Shown here: piece after piece, positions 27,083 through 37,064 of the stretch
Numbering within the stretch: position 1 is the stretch's first letter
How the letters are laid out: each line of letters begins with the position of its first letter
Assembly (NCBI GenBank): GCA_018970465.1
Contig: JAGWWI010000003.1
Span: 1-63,555, forward strand
Reading direction: 5' to 3'
Length of the DNA: 63,555 nucleotides
Source of the DNA: Patescibacteria group bacterium
GTDB taxonomy: Bacteria; Patescibacteriota; Minisyncoccia; Phycocordibacterales; Phycocordibacteraceae
Notes under the pieces: generated by a model
What the model saw: the letters and a program-made list of their open reading frames with translations, nothing else
Database searches by the model: none
What the model was told of the DNA's origin: nothing
Program-made: the position numbers and the translations under genes

Positions 27083-28127
27083 GTGGAGCAAGAATTCGCT
27101 CTTCTCGAGCGACATCGGCATAGACCTCGGGACGGCGAACACCTTGGTCTACGTGCGGGGGAAGGGGATCGTGATGAACGAGCCTTCGGTGGTCGCCGTG
27201 AACGACCGCACCGACCAGGTCGTCGCGATCGGCAAGGACGCGAAGGCGATGCTCGGCAAGACGCCGCCCCACATCCGCACCGTGCGCCCCCTCTCGCACG
27301 GCGTCGTCTCGGACTTCGAGGTCACGGAGGAATTGCTCGCATACCTCCTCGACAAGGCGCGGCAGGGGCGCACGAAGCTCTTCGGCCCGCGGGTCGTGAT
27401 CGGGGTCCCGACCGGGGTCACGAACGTCCAGAGCCGCGCGGTGCGCGACGCCGCCAAGAACGCGGGCGCGCGCGAGGCGATCATCCTCGAGGAGCCGGTC
27501 GCGGGCGCGATCGGGTCGAAGCTCCCGGTCCGGGAGGCGGTGGGGACGATGGTGCTCGACATCGGAGCGGGCACGACCGACATCGCGGTCATCTCTCTGA
27601 ACGGCGCGGTTGCGAGCAAGTCGTCACAGGTCGCGGGCGACCGCTTCAACGATAACATCATCGAGTTCGTGCGGAGCGAGTTCAAGCTCGGGATCGGCGA
27701 GCGCACCGCCGAGGAGGTCAAGATCGCCGTCGGCGCGGTGATGCCCTTGACCAACGCCCTTGAGAAGACGGTGCGCGGCCGCGACCTCGCGACCGGCCTC
27801 CCGCGCGAGATCACCCTGACCGACGCGCACGTGCGCGACGCGCTCGCGCTCTCGCTCGACGCGTTGATGGACGCGATGAAGGACGTGATCGAGTCGACGC
27901 CGCCCGAGCTCCTCTCGGACGTTCTCGAGCGCGGCGTGACCATCTTCGGCGGCGGAGCCTTGTTGCGCGGCCTGCCGCAGGTCTTGGCGAAGATGCTTGG
28001 CGTGCCGGTCAAAGTCGCGCCGGAGCCCCTCACCGCGGTCGTGCGCGGCGCGGGCGTCGTGACCGAGGACCCGGCGCCCTACGCCGACTTTTTCATCGAT
28101 GAGGACGAGACGCTCGGGGAGGCCTAG
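27075..28127 (+). CDS. mreB: Rod shape-determining protein MreB
   Basis: DIGIDLGTANTLVY..NEPSVVA..; actin-like ATPase motifs. ATG at 27075 overlaps the proS stop. Confidence 0.95.
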   Translation: MPRWSKNSLFSSDIGIDLGTANTLVYVRGKGIVMNEPSVVAVNDRTDQVVAIGKDAKAMLGKTPPHIRTVRPLSHGVVSDFEVTEELLAYLLDKARQGRTKLFGPRVVIGVPTGVTNVQSRAVRDAAKNAGAREAIILEEPVAGAIGSKLPVREAVGTMVLDIGAGTTDIAVISLNGAVASKSSQVAGDRFNDNIIEFVRSEFKLGIGERTAEEVKIAVGAVMPLTNALEKTVRGRDLATGLPREITLTDAHVRDALALSLDALMDAMKDVIESTPPELLSDVLERGVTIFGGGALLRGLPQVLAKMLGVPVKVAPEPLTAVVRGAGVVTEDPAPYADFFIDEDETLGEA

Positions 28128-28146
28128 CGGGGTCGGCAGGGGAGCG

Positions 28147-28911
28147 ATGTGGGGCACAGTCGCGCTCGCCGCGGCCGCGCTCCTCCTTGCCGCGCGGCTC
28201 CTCGCGCCGAACCTCCTCCTCGCGGCCGCGTCGCCCGCCTTCGCGCTCGGTACCGGGGTGAGCGCGCGTGTCTCGGCGCTCTTCGCGAGCGCAGGGAGCG
28301 CGCGCTCCTTCGCGGCGAAGAATACTGCGCTCGCCTCCGCGAACGCGACGCTCGAGCTCGAGAACGCGACGCTCGCGGCGAAGGTCGCCGATCTCGAGAC
28401 GCTCATCGGCACCTCGACGCCCCCTTTGCGCGGTATTGCGGCCGGGGTCGTCGCGCGGCCGCCCGAAGCCCCGTACGACACGCTGATTGTCGACGGCGGC
28501 GCTGACGCGGGTGTACTGCTCCGCATGGAGGCCGCGGGCCCCGCAGGCACGCCGCTCGGCCTCGTGACGGGCGTCACCGCGCGCTTCGCGCGGGTGCGGC
28601 TCTTCACTGCCGCGGGCGCCCTGACCGACGCGTGGGTCGGCACCGCACGCGTGCCGATCCTCCTCAAGGGCGCGGGCGGCTCCTTCGTCGCGACCGTGCC
28701 GCAGGGCTCGGGCGTCGCGGTGGGCGACCTCGTCTACCTCGGCGGCGCGGGTGCCGTGCCGGTCGGGCGCGTTGCACGCCTGTCGGGCGACGCGTCCGAG
28801 CCGGTCGTCACCCTCGCGATCGCGCCCCTCGTGAACCCGCTCTCGCTCGCCGTCGTCTCGCTCGTCGAGACGCCCGCGGCGGCCTCCTCGACGCTCGAGA
28901 GCGGCCTATGA
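28147..28911 (+). CDS. mreC: Rod shape-determining protein MreC
   Basis: TM anchor, a coiled segment (LELENATLAAKVADLE), then a beta-rich C-terminus (..VGDLVYLGG..). Position after mreB. Confidence 0.8.
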   Translation: MWGTVALAAAALLLAARLLAPNLLLAAASPAFALGTGVSARVSALFASAGSARSFAAKNTALASANATLELENATLAAKVADLETLIGTSTPPLRGIAAGVVARPPEAPYDTLIVDGGADAGVLLRMEAAGPAGTPLGLVTGVTARFARVRLFTAAGALTDAWVGTARVPILLKGAGGSFVATVPQGSGVAVGDLVYLGGAGAVPVGRVARLSGDASEPVVTLAIAPLVNPLSLAVVSLVETPAAASSTLESGL

Positions 28912-29162
28912 GCCGCTTCGCGCCGCTCCTGCTTGCGCTCGCGGGCTTGTCGCTCTGCTTCTTCCCGTGGCCCGCGGCCGCGCTCCTCGCGCTCCTTGCC
29001 GCGCCGGCGATCCCGGCCGCGCCCGCAGCCGTCGGGCTCGCGGCTGACGCGCTTTATCTGCCGCACGGCGCCTTCCCGCTCGCGACCGCGCTCGGCGCTC
29101 TTGCGGCCCTGCTCGCCCTCCTGGTGCGCTCGCGCCTCGCGCCGGGTATCCTGGAGCAATGA
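28908..29162 (+). CDS. Small hydrophobic protein at the MreD position
   Basis: 84 aa, all-TM composition. ATGA overlaps with both mreC and the PBP2 gene. Confidence 0.4.
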   Translation: MSRFAPLLLALAGLSLCFFPWPAAALLALLAAPAIPAAPAAVGLAADALYLPHGAFPLATALGALAALLALLVRSRLAPGILEQ

Positions 29163-30829
29163 CGCACAGGAAGCGGCGCGACGCGGAGATCGCGCCGGAG
29201 GAGATATTCATCGATACGCAGTCATCCTTCGACCGAGGGCGCTTCGAGGGTCGGCTCGAGCGGCCCTTGTCGCGACGCACCTACGTCGCGCTCTTCCTCG
29301 CGCTTATCGCGGGGCTCTCCATCCTTGCGCTCCGGGCCGCCGATCTTGAGATCGTCCAGGGTGCGGCGCTCGCTGCCGAGAGCGCGCACAACTCGCTTGC
29401 CCAAACGGCGGTCTTCGCCCCGCGCGGCATCATCACCGACTACCAGGGCGTCGTCCTCGCGGGCAACACCGAGACCGCGGACGGCACGCTCCGCCGCGAC
29501 TTTCCCTACCCCGAGCTCGGGAGCGTCCTCGGCTACGTCTCCTACCCCAAGAAGGATGCGAGCGGCAATTATTACGACACTGCAGAGAAGGGCGTCGCGG
29601 GGCTCGAGGCGGCCTTCGACCAGATGCTCCGCGGCGAGAACGGGAGCGTCTTGGTCGAGACGGACGCGGCCGGCGCGGTGCGCTCCGAGGGCTCGATCGT
29701 TCCGGCAGTGCCCGGCGCGACCCTCGCGCTCTCCCTCGACGCGTCGCTCGAGCGGGCGCTCGCGAGCGCGGTCGCGGCGACCGCGCGGCGCGTCGGCTTC
29801 GTCGCGGGCGCGGGCGTGATCCTCGACGTCCACACCGGCGCCGTGCGCGCCATCGTCTCGTATCCCTCGTACGATCCGTCGGTCATGAGCGACGGCGGGC
29901 CGGGAGCGGCGATCGCTTCCTACGAGAGCGATCCGGGCCACCCGTTCCTCGACCACGCGATCGGCGGGGTCTACACCCCGGGTTCGATCGTGAAGCCCTT
30001 CATCGCCGCCGGCGCCTTGACCGACGGCGTCATCACGCCCGCGACCGTGATCAACGATAACGCCCGCCTTACCGTCCCCGACCCGTACCACCCGGGGCAG
30101 GAGTTCGTCTACACGGGCTGGAAGGCGCTCGGCCCGGTCGACGTCCGCCAAGCGATCGCGTGGTCCTCTGACGTCTTCTTCTACACCGTCGGCGGCGGCT
30201 ATCAGGGGATCAAAGGGCTCGGCATCGACCGCCTGGATTATTGGTACAAGGCGTTCGGGCTCGGCGCTCCTTCGGGGCTCGGCCTTGCGGGCGAAGCGTC
30301 CGGCCTTATCCCCTCGCCCGCGTGGAAGCAGAAGGCTCTCGGCGAGCCCTGGTACCTCGGCGACACCTACCACACCGCGATCGGGCAGTACTCGATGCAG
30401 GTGACCCCGATCCAGATGGCCCGCGCGACAGCCGCCATCGCGAACGGCGGCACGCTGGTGACGCCGACCCTGCTCGCGGGCGCGAAGCCCGTCTCGACCA
30501 AGGTGCCCGTCGACCCGGCCGCGCTCGCGGTCGTGCGCGAAGGCATGCGCGCGGGCGTCACGAGCGCGCTCGCGAAGGCGCTCGACCTGCCCACGCTCGC
30601 GGTCGCCGCCAAGACCGGCACCGCGCAGGTGGGCGCCTCCAATCAGTATGACAACTCCTGGGTCGAAGGCTTCTATCCGTACGACAATCCGCAGTACGCC
30701 TTCGCCGTCGTCCTCGAGCGCGGGCCCTCGGGCGCGGGCGAGGAGGCGGTGAACGCGATGCGCGCCTTCTTCGACGCGCTCCAGAGCGGCCTCGCGACGA
30801 CGACCGCCTCTTCGACGCTTGCGCATTAA
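29159..30829 (+). CDS. mrdA: Penicillin-binding protein 2 (elongasome transpeptidase)
   Basis: SxxK (GSIVKP) and KTGTA. N-terminal TM and pedestal domain. mreBCD context. Confidence 0.85.
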   Translation: MTHRKRRDAEIAPEEIFIDTQSSFDRGRFEGRLERPLSRRTYVALFLALIAGLSILALRAADLEIVQGAALAAESAHNSLAQTAVFAPRGIITDYQGVVLAGNTETADGTLRRDFPYPELGSVLGYVSYPKKDASGNYYDTAEKGVAGLEAAFDQMLRGENGSVLVETDAAGAVRSEGSIVPAVPGATLALSLDASLERALASAVAATARRVGFVAGAGVILDVHTGAVRAIVSYPSYDPSVMSDGGPGAAIASYESDPGHPFLDHAIGGVYTPGSIVKPFIAAGALTDGVITPATVINDNARLTVPDPYHPGQEFVYTGWKALGPVDVRQAIAWSSDVFFYTVGGGYQGIKGLGIDRLDYWYKAFGLGAPSGLGLAGEASGLIPSPAWKQKALGEPWYLGDTYHTAIGQYSMQVTPIQMARATAAIANGGTLVTPTLLAGAKPVSTKVPVDPAALAVVREGMRAGVTSALAKALDLPTLAVAAKTGTAQVGASNQYDNSWVEGFYPYDNPQYAFAVVLERGPSGAGEEAVNAMRAFFDALQSGLATTTASSTLAH

Positions 30830-30876
30830 GCTGGGGCCCGTACAATGGCGGGAAACCGATAACCCCCAGACACGCC

Positions 30877-31359
30877 ATGGCCCCAACCGCGCTCCCGCCC
30901 GAGACCGTGGTCTCACAAGAGAAGTTTGACGAGATGGTCAAAGAGCTCGAGTTCTTGAAGACGACGCGCCGCACTGAGATCGCGAAGAGCCTCGAATACG
31001 CGCGCTCCTTGGGCGATCTCTCCGAGAACGCCGAGTATCAGGAAGCGCGCGACCTCCAGGCCGCCACCGAGGAGCGCATCAAGCGCCTCGAAGAGGTGGT
31101 GAAGCACGCGCAGATCGCGACCGACGCCAAGAAGAAGGACGTCGTCGGCTTCGGCTCCAAGGTCTCGATCAAGAAGGAGGGCGCGGCCGACATCCACGAA
31201 TACACCATCGTCGGGAGCCAGGAGGCCGACATGCGCGAGAAGAAGCTCTCGCACATCTCCCCCTTGGGCGCCGCCCTGATGGGCAAGAAGAAGGGCGACA
31301 CCTTCACCTTCGAGACCCCGGCCGGCAAGCAGACCTACACCGTCGAGAAGATTGCATAG
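30877..31359 (+). CDS. greA: Transcription elongation factor GreA
   Basis: ..ARSLGDLSENAEYQEARD.. coiled-coil tip and a C-terminal FKBP-like domain. Confidence 0.92.
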   Translation: MAPTALPPETVVSQEKFDEMVKELEFLKTTRRTEIAKSLEYARSLGDLSENAEYQEARDLQAATEERIKRLEEVVKHAQIATDAKKKDVVGFGSKVSIKKEGAADIHEYTIVGSQEADMREKKLSHISPLGAALMGKKKGDTFTFETPAGKQTYTVEKIA

Positions 31360-31383
31360 TCATCACTTCAGTCTCCGCTCGCA

Positions 31384-31863
31384 ATGGAAGACCAGTCGAA
31401 TTATGAGAAACTGAGAGATGATACCAGAGACTTCTATTCAAGCATTCGGCCAGTAGTTTCTCCTGCGTTGCGGGAGGCGGTTCACTTTACCGCGGAAGGC
31501 TTCAATCACATTATCTTCAAGAGTGCCCGTCGTGAGCGTGAACGGCCGTCGCAGATCATGCGCTTCAAGTTGCTGCCGCGAGCTCTCGAGTTGGTAGCGC
31601 TTGCGACGACGTATCAGGAGTATGAAGAGACCATTCGTGAGTTCACCGTTAAGAGTCGCAAGAGGAGGGTGCGCAAGTCGAAGCCGGTCAAATACTGGGG
31701 GCTAATCGCCATCATCAACGGAATGAAAATAAAGGTCATCCTGCGCAAGATAGGCGACAATGGGCAGCTCCACTTCTGGAGCGTGGTGCCAGCTTGGACG
31801 ACCAACAAGTATCGAGATGCGCGATTTATCACAACGATGAAGGGCAGCCCCGAGGAGGATTAG
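31384..31863 (+). CDS. Hypothetical protein (lower-G+C orphan)
   Basis: 159-aa ORF with Lys/Arg-rich mid-region. No domain recognised. Confidence 0.5.
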   Translation: MEDQSNYEKLRDDTRDFYSSIRPVVSPALREAVHFTAEGFNHIIFKSARRERERPSQIMRFKLLPRALELVALATTYQEYEETIREFTVKSRKRRVRKSKPVKYWGLIAIINGMKIKVILRKIGDNGQLHFWSVVPAWTTNKYRDARFITTMKGSPEED

Positions 31864-31873
31864 AAAACAAAAA

Positions 31874-31897
31874 CGCCGACACAAGGTCGGCGGCTTT
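31874..31897 (+). terminator. Terminator-like hairpin
   Basis: cgccgac acaag gtcggcg then gctttgat. Confidence 0.5.
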
Positions 31898-32047
31898 GAT
31901 ATGCCTGCCTTCGGCTTATGTATTAGCCGAATAGGGCTGGCGCCCCGCAGGCACAGGTTCAATGTATCTGAAAACGCATGATTCGGCAATGAGGGTGGGG
32001 ATTCCCGTAAATAGGCGGAGCTGGCGTTTATTTGATACGATAGGCGT

Positions 32048-33622
32048 ATGTTTTGGGCCGACCGGATTGCGAGCGAGATAGCAGACACACGGAAGCCGCG
32101 CGACGGCAAGCGCTTCCTCATTCGCGACGAGAAGACGCTCTCGGGGCGGGTGCACGTCGGCTCGATGCGCGGCGTCGCGATCCACGGCCTCATTGCGGAG
32201 ATCCTCACGGAGCAAGGGATCGCGAACGAGTATCGCTACGAGCTCAATGACTTCGACGACTTCGACACCGTGCCGGGCTACCTCGATGCTGAGCGCTTCG
32301 CGCCCTACCTCGGCATGTCGCTTTGCAAAGTGCCGTCGCCTCAGCCGGGCTTCGACAACTACGCGGACTACTTCGGCGCGGAGCTCGCAGGCGTGATCTC
32401 GGCCGCAGGCTTCACGCCGAACTATTACCGCGCGTACGCCGACCTCTATAAAGCGGGGAAGATGAACGCCCCCATCCGCACCGCGCTCGAGCGCACGGAC
32501 GACATTCGCCGCATCCTGAAGGCGGTATCCGGCTCGGAGAAGGATGAGCAGTGGATGCCCATCTCGGTCGTCTGCCCGCACTGCGGCAAGTTGAAGACGA
32601 CGCGCGCCGGAGACTTCGACGGCGAGACGGTCGCGTATGTTTGCGACCAGAGCCCCTATGGCGCCACGCCCTGCGGCGCCTCGGGCCGCGTCTCTCCCTT
32701 CGACGGCGCTGCCAAGCTCTACTGGAAGGTGGATTGGGCCGCGAAGTGGGTCGCGCTCGGCGTCGATATCGAAGGCGGCGGCAAAGACCACTCGACCAAG
32801 GGCGGGAGCCGCGACGTGGCGAATCACATCAGCCGCGAAGTCTTCAACTACGAGCCGCCGTTCGATATCCCCTACGAATTCTTCCTCGTCGGCGGCAAGA
32901 AGATGTCGTCAAGCAAAGGGAAGGGCAGTAGCGCGAAGGATATGTGCGACCTCTTCCCGCCCGAGGTCTTCCGCCTCGCCCTCGTCGGCAAGGATATCCG
33001 CGAGCAGATCGACGTCGACCCTGCGGGCGAATCCGTGCCGCGCATGTACGACTGGTACGACGAGCTCGCGCAGCATGCGCGCGAGGGCGCGGGCGACGAC
33101 TGGGCGCGCTTGTTCGCGCTCGCGCAGTTGCCCGATATGCGCGCCGCAGCCGAACCGATTTGGCAGATGCGCTTCCGCGAAGTGGCGTTCGCCGTCCAGA
33201 TGCCGCACCTCGACCTCTTGAAGGAGGCGGCGCTCGCCAAAGGCGGCGGGCTCTCGGACGACGAGGAGGCGAAGCTCGAAGAGCGCGCCCGCTACGCCCG
33301 CTACTGGCTCGCGACCTATGCGCCCGAGGAGTTCAAATACGAGCTCCAGCAGACGATGCCCGTAGCGGCGCTCTCGGAGGCGCAGCAGAAGGCGCTTAGA
33401 ATGCTCCGCGCCTTCATCGATAGCGGCAACCCCTCGGGCGAAGAGATCCACGCCAAGCTCCACGCGCTCAAAGAGGAGGCGCCGATCGCGCCGAAGGAGC
33501 TCTTCCAGGCGATCTACCGCATCTTCCTCGCGCGCGACTCGGGCCCCAAGGCTGGCCCCTTCCTCGCTGGCCTCCCCCGCGACCTCGTCCTCGCCCGCCT
33601 CGCGGAGGCGATAAACAGCTAA
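32048..33622 (+). CDS. lysS: Lysyl-tRNA synthetase, class I
   Basis: ..SGRVHVGSMRG.. (HIGH-like) and KMSSSKG (KMSKS). The archaeal/class-I LysRS architecture includes a CPHCG zinc segment. Confidence 0.92.
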   Translation: MFWADRIASEIADTRKPRDGKRFLIRDEKTLSGRVHVGSMRGVAIHGLIAEILTEQGIANEYRYELNDFDDFDTVPGYLDAERFAPYLGMSLCKVPSPQPGFDNYADYFGAELAGVISAAGFTPNYYRAYADLYKAGKMNAPIRTALERTDDIRRILKAVSGSEKDEQWMPISVVCPHCGKLKTTRAGDFDGETVAYVCDQSPYGATPCGASGRVSPFDGAAKLYWKVDWAAKWVALGVDIEGGGKDHSTKGGSRDVANHISREVFNYEPPFDIPYEFFLVGGKKMSSSKGKGSSAKDMCDLFPPEVFRLALVGKDIREQIDVDPAGESVPRMYDWYDELAQHAREGAGDDWARLFALAQLPDMRAAAEPIWQMRFREVAFAVQMPHLDLLKEAALAKGGGLSDDEEAKLEERARYARYWLATYAPEEFKYELQQTMPVAALSEAQQKALRMLRAFIDSGNPSGEEIHAKLHALKEEAPIAPKELFQAIYRIFLARDSGPKAGPFLAGLPRDLVLARLAEAINS

Positions 33623-33670
33623 AAGATAACGGGCGCTCCGTATAGGAGCGCCCGTGAAGTGGCGGCCGGA

Positions 33671-35299
33671 TTACTCCGGCACGCATTCCGTCCGCTTGGC
33701 GATCGCTTCCATCCAGCCCGGGAAGGTTGCGACCCACAGCGCGAACGGCCGACTGTTCCAGTACCGCAGGGACTTCGCGACCCCGAGTTCTTTGCGCAAA
33801 GCCTGCGCCCGTAAGAGGTCGAGGCCGGCAAGCGCCTGCTTATGGAGCCCGTTTAGGAACGACCCTCGATAGACGTCGTCCACCCAACTCTTCTGCTGCT
33901 CGCGTTGCGTACGATCGGGAGCTCCAAACGCATCCTTCAGAGCCGCGTTATACGCCGTGCGCATTGCAAGGATGGGCCGCAGCAGCTCCTCGGGAACGCC
34001 GGTCGTGACTCCCGCCTCGTCAAGCGCGGGAAGTAGCGCAACCGGGTCTTTGCCGGTAAGCCGATCGGCGCGTCGCTCGGCCTGTTCGGCGTAGAACTGC
34101 CACGAATGGGCCAGATCTGCACAGGCGATGCGCTCAGTGCCGAACGTGTTCGCAAGGTAACTCGGCAGCCGGATCGTCCCCTCGACATCCGCAAGAGCGT
34201 CAAGGGCGTCGAGGTGCACGTAGTATCCGCTGTGAAGGACGGGGAATCCGGGTAGATCCCGTTCCGCGAGCGCAGCGAAGCGGCGTGCAGCAGGCAGGTA
34301 GGGAGACCCTTCGCGCACGGTTGCGGCCGCTCGCTCCTCGCGGAGTTCGAGCATGAGCATTATCGCCTTCCCGCAGATTGCCACGAGCTCGCGTTTCTTT
34401 GAGACTGCCTCGTCCGCTGCAGAAGCGAGGACTTTCTCGGGATCAGTTCCCGAAAGAGGGCCAGGCATCTGAAGCGGCATGCGATGCAGGCCGTTTTCGT
34501 CCTTCACGATCGCGTAGAACGGGAGCTCGCCCTCGTCGAGAGGCACGACGCTTTCCGTTGTTGCCGCAAGCGCCTCGTTATAGAGCGCGCAAGCGCGGCG
34601 ATAGTTGCCGACGAATGTCGCAAAGACATTCGAATACGGTTGCCCACGAGAGGTGACGGCGGCATGCGTCGAGGTGACGCCAACACGCTCGCCCCCGAAG
34701 GCAGTAAGGAGCCGCGACACGATTTCTATTCCGACATCGTGCCAGAGCTTGCCGCCGTGAGGACCGAAGTCCTCTTTCGTTGCCGCAGGATTGAAGACGA
34801 AGAGGTCTTCGAGGCTGCGTAAACGCTCATGACAACCACCCGTCTCGCGCAGTTCTCCAAGGATGCGCGCGGCGAACTGCTTGACCGCGCCCCGCATCGG
34901 CGCGGTCCGAAGACCGTGCGCGATGCGCTCGTCCTCGCCCAGGCTCACGCCGTGCCAATCGCTCATGGTGAGATCTGTAACCACACTCTCGCGCGTCGTT
35001 CCCATGAAGGCGGCAAGGCGATCGAAGCTAGTCCCCGCTTTTTCAAAGCAGACGGGCGGTATGGCGCATCGACCGAGGAAGTCCGGATGTTCGAGGCAGG
35101 CAGTCCAGCGGTTATAGTTGCCGTCTGGGCGATATGCCTCGCGCGAGAGCGCAGGCGAGCTCCCCTTACGGAGCGGATCTCGCGAGAAGTGATCGATCGT
35201 GTGCAGATTGAACGTTACCGCATGCCCATGGGCAGTGAGTGCCGCTGATGCGATCGTGCCGTCCCAGAGGGGGTTCTGTCCACCGATACCGAGTTTCAT
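33671..35299 (-). CDS. Large conserved-looking hypothetical protein (542 aa), last gene of the dipeptidase-epimerase operon
   Basis: The second ATG (MKLGIGGQ..) is preceded by AAGGAA. No domain recognised by eye. Starts 22 nt after the DapF-like stop. Confidence 0.6.
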   Translation of the reverse strand: MKLGIGGQNPLWDGTIASAALTAHGHAVTFNLHTIDHFSRDPLRKGSSPALSREAYRPDGNYNRWTACLEHPDFLGRCAIPPVCFEKAGTSFDRLAAFMGTTRESVVTDLTMSDWHGVSLGEDERIAHGLRTAPMRGAVKQFAARILGELRETGGCHERLRSLEDLFVFNPAATKEDFGPHGGKLWHDVGIEIVSRLLTAFGGERVGVTSTHAAVTSRGQPYSNVFATFVGNYRRACALYNEALAATTESVVPLDEGELPFYAIVKDENGLHRMPLQMPGPLSGTDPEKVLASAADEAVSKKRELVAICGKAIMLMLELREERAAATVREGSPYLPAARRFAALAERDLPGFPVLHSGYYVHLDALDALADVEGTIRLPSYLANTFGTERIACADLAHSWQFYAEQAERRADRLTGKDPVALLPALDEAGVTTGVPEELLRPILAMRTAYNAALKDAFGAPDRTQREQQKSWVDDVYRGSFLNGLHKQALAGLDLLRAQALRKELGVAKSLRYWNSRPFALWVATFPGWMEAIAKRTECVPE

Positions 35300-35320
35300 T
35301 CGCTGGTTTCCTTTCATCCA

Positions 35321-36040
35321 TCAACGAGTCAAAGGTTCAAGGGTGACCGGAGCCTCGAGCACGAAGCGATCCGATCGACGGGTGACGAAGAGAGTTCCTC
35401 CCTTCATTTCGACACGAACGCGCTCTGCAAGCGGCGTGGAAGCCGCCTCGAGCATTGCGAGTGCAGCACAAGCGCCTGTCCCGCACGAGCCGGTTTCGGC
35501 GTTGACTCCTCGTTCGTAGGTCCGTATGCGGACCGTAGCGGGAGAGTCGTATTCGACGACCGTGCAATTGCGTTCCGGCGCATGATGCGAGCCGATCGTG
35601 CCAGGCGGGTTACGCCAGGCGCGGTCGACACGGTAGAGCGCGTGCGGTTCTCCGCACGCAGCGTACGCCGCCGATGCTTCACGGGTTGCGGCCACGATAC
35701 GAGTTGGGCGAGGGAGTGCCGCATAAGCGCCCACTGCCGTTCTCGCTGCCGGTACGAAGCCGTGTGGTGTATCGATGAGGATTGCGCGCCCGAGTGCGGC
35801 TGCGAGCGCGAGAGAGCCATTACCGCAAAAAGCGGATTCGCTCCCGTCGCGTTCGAAGACGCGCATGCGCACGCGACTGCCACGGCTGAGGCCAACAATC
35901 AGGCTGTCGAAGGCTTTGGTACTGAAAGTGTCAAAGAACGATGTCGGAGAAGCTCTTGCCGCCTCCGCCGCGGCCCCGAGCACTACCAGGAGCCGGTTAC
36001 CGTTCACATTCGCAAGCGCTACTTCGGAGGCAAGGCACAT
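35321..36040 (-). CDS. Diaminopimelate epimerase-like (DapF/PhzF fold) protein, short form
   Basis: Two active-site-like Cys motifs: ..ESAFCGNGS.. and ..ERGVNAETGSCGTGACAA... SD GGGGAGaaaccagaaATG. 239 aa, versus about 275 aa for typical DapF. Confidence 0.7.
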   Translation of the reverse strand: MCLASEVALANVNGNRLLVVLGAAAEAARASPTSFFDTFSTKAFDSLIVGLSRGSRVRMRVFERDGSESAFCGNGSLALAAALGRAILIDTPHGFVPAARTAVGAYAALPRPTRIVAATREASAAYAACGEPHALYRVDRAWRNPPGTIGSHHAPERNCTVVEYDSPATVRIRTYERGVNAETGSCGTGACAALAMLEAASTPLAERVRVEMKGGTLFVTRRSDRFVLEAPVTLEPLTR

Positions 36041-36108
36041 TTCTGGTTTCTCCCCTTGGGCGGGCGCGTGACCTATTCGCGCGCCCGTTAGAAGGGAGAA
36101 ACATTCGG

Positions 36109-36813
36109 TTACCCGGTCTCGAGGCTGCCGTAAAGCGCGGCGGGCACTCGGGTGAATGCGGCCCAGTACTGGTCGCCGTAGGAGTAATGCCACCATTCCG
36201 TAGGGAGATTGACGAAGCCTGCTGCGAGGAGCGTGTCGCACAGCAAATCGCGGTTTTTTCGCGCTTCGGCGCTCAACTCGGGCGCATCGGTGTAGGAGCG
36301 GTCGTCGACGGCATTTAAGGGCGAGCCCATGTCGAGCTCGACGCCGTTCACATCGACCAATGTGCAGTCGAGCGCGCCGCCCGTGGTGTGCGGGGGGCAG
36401 AGCGCAGGGTCCGCCACAAATTCCGTGACGCGTTCCCATAGCGCCTCGCCCGACAGGCCTTCGTCGCGCGCGATCTCAGCGGATACTTCGGCGAAGTATT
36501 GCCGCTGGATAGCGAGCGGGCGGTACGCCTCGACGATTTTGAATCGGATGCCTTCCGGCAGCTCTCGCGCGGCGGCAACGAGTCGCTTTGCGGCCTCTTT
36601 GCGGAGCTTCAAGTCTTCGACGCCAAGGCCGGGGGCGATAGGTGCGAGCGCGAGCTCGATACCCGCCTCGTGACCAGCGTCTTGCAGCGTGACCAAAGCC
36701 TCACCCGATTCGCGGATGGGGTAGGCCGTGGCTAACCGTTCGGGCAGATACGATAGACGTCGCTCGCGCCCCGTCAGATTCTGGTATTCGGCTAAGGTTG
36801 TAGCAGTTTGCAT
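36109..36813 (-). CDS. D-alanyl-D-alanine dipeptidase (VanX/DdpX, peptidase M15D-like)
   Basis: ..EAYRP..Q..; PPHTTGGALDCTL (SxHxxGxAxD-type Zn site); EWWHYSYGD (ExxH). Confidence 0.8.
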   Translation of the reverse strand: MQTATTLAEYQNLTGRERRLSYLPERLATAYPIRESGEALVTLQDAGHEAGIELALAPIAPGLGVEDLKLRKEAAKRLVAAARELPEGIRFKIVEAYRPLAIQRQYFAEVSAEIARDEGLSGEALWERVTEFVADPALCPPHTTGGALDCTLVDVNGVELDMGSPLNAVDDRSYTDAPELSAEARKNRDLLCDTLLAAGFVNLPTEWWHYSYGDQYWAAFTRVPAALYGSLETG

Positions 36814-37064
36814 AGGATGAGAACGAAAGAGGCCCCGTTTCCGGGGCCTCTTTCGCGCAGTCGGTTGTTTTATGACGTGTGCGCAGAAAAGGCCCCTTTC
36901 TCGGTAAGGGTAAAGAAGTGGTACCAACGCATCGCTGAGCTTGCGGACAGGGCCTTCATACCTATGTGGCTTACCATACGGCAGCGTTCGCGCTCGGTCA
37001 ATAGCCGCTTTCCACAGCCGTGGAGTGTGGGGATAACCACCCATTCTTCATCCATGTGGTGGCA

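Noticed and set aside
36870-37055. A 61-aa minus-strand ORF between the dipeptidase operon and mraZ, ending just before the 36825..36854 hairpin.
   Set aside because: It has no SD or promoter geometry and a Cys/His/Arg/Trp-rich odd composition, and it overlaps the putative dcw promoter/operator region. It is kept only as a possible explanation for the hairpin.
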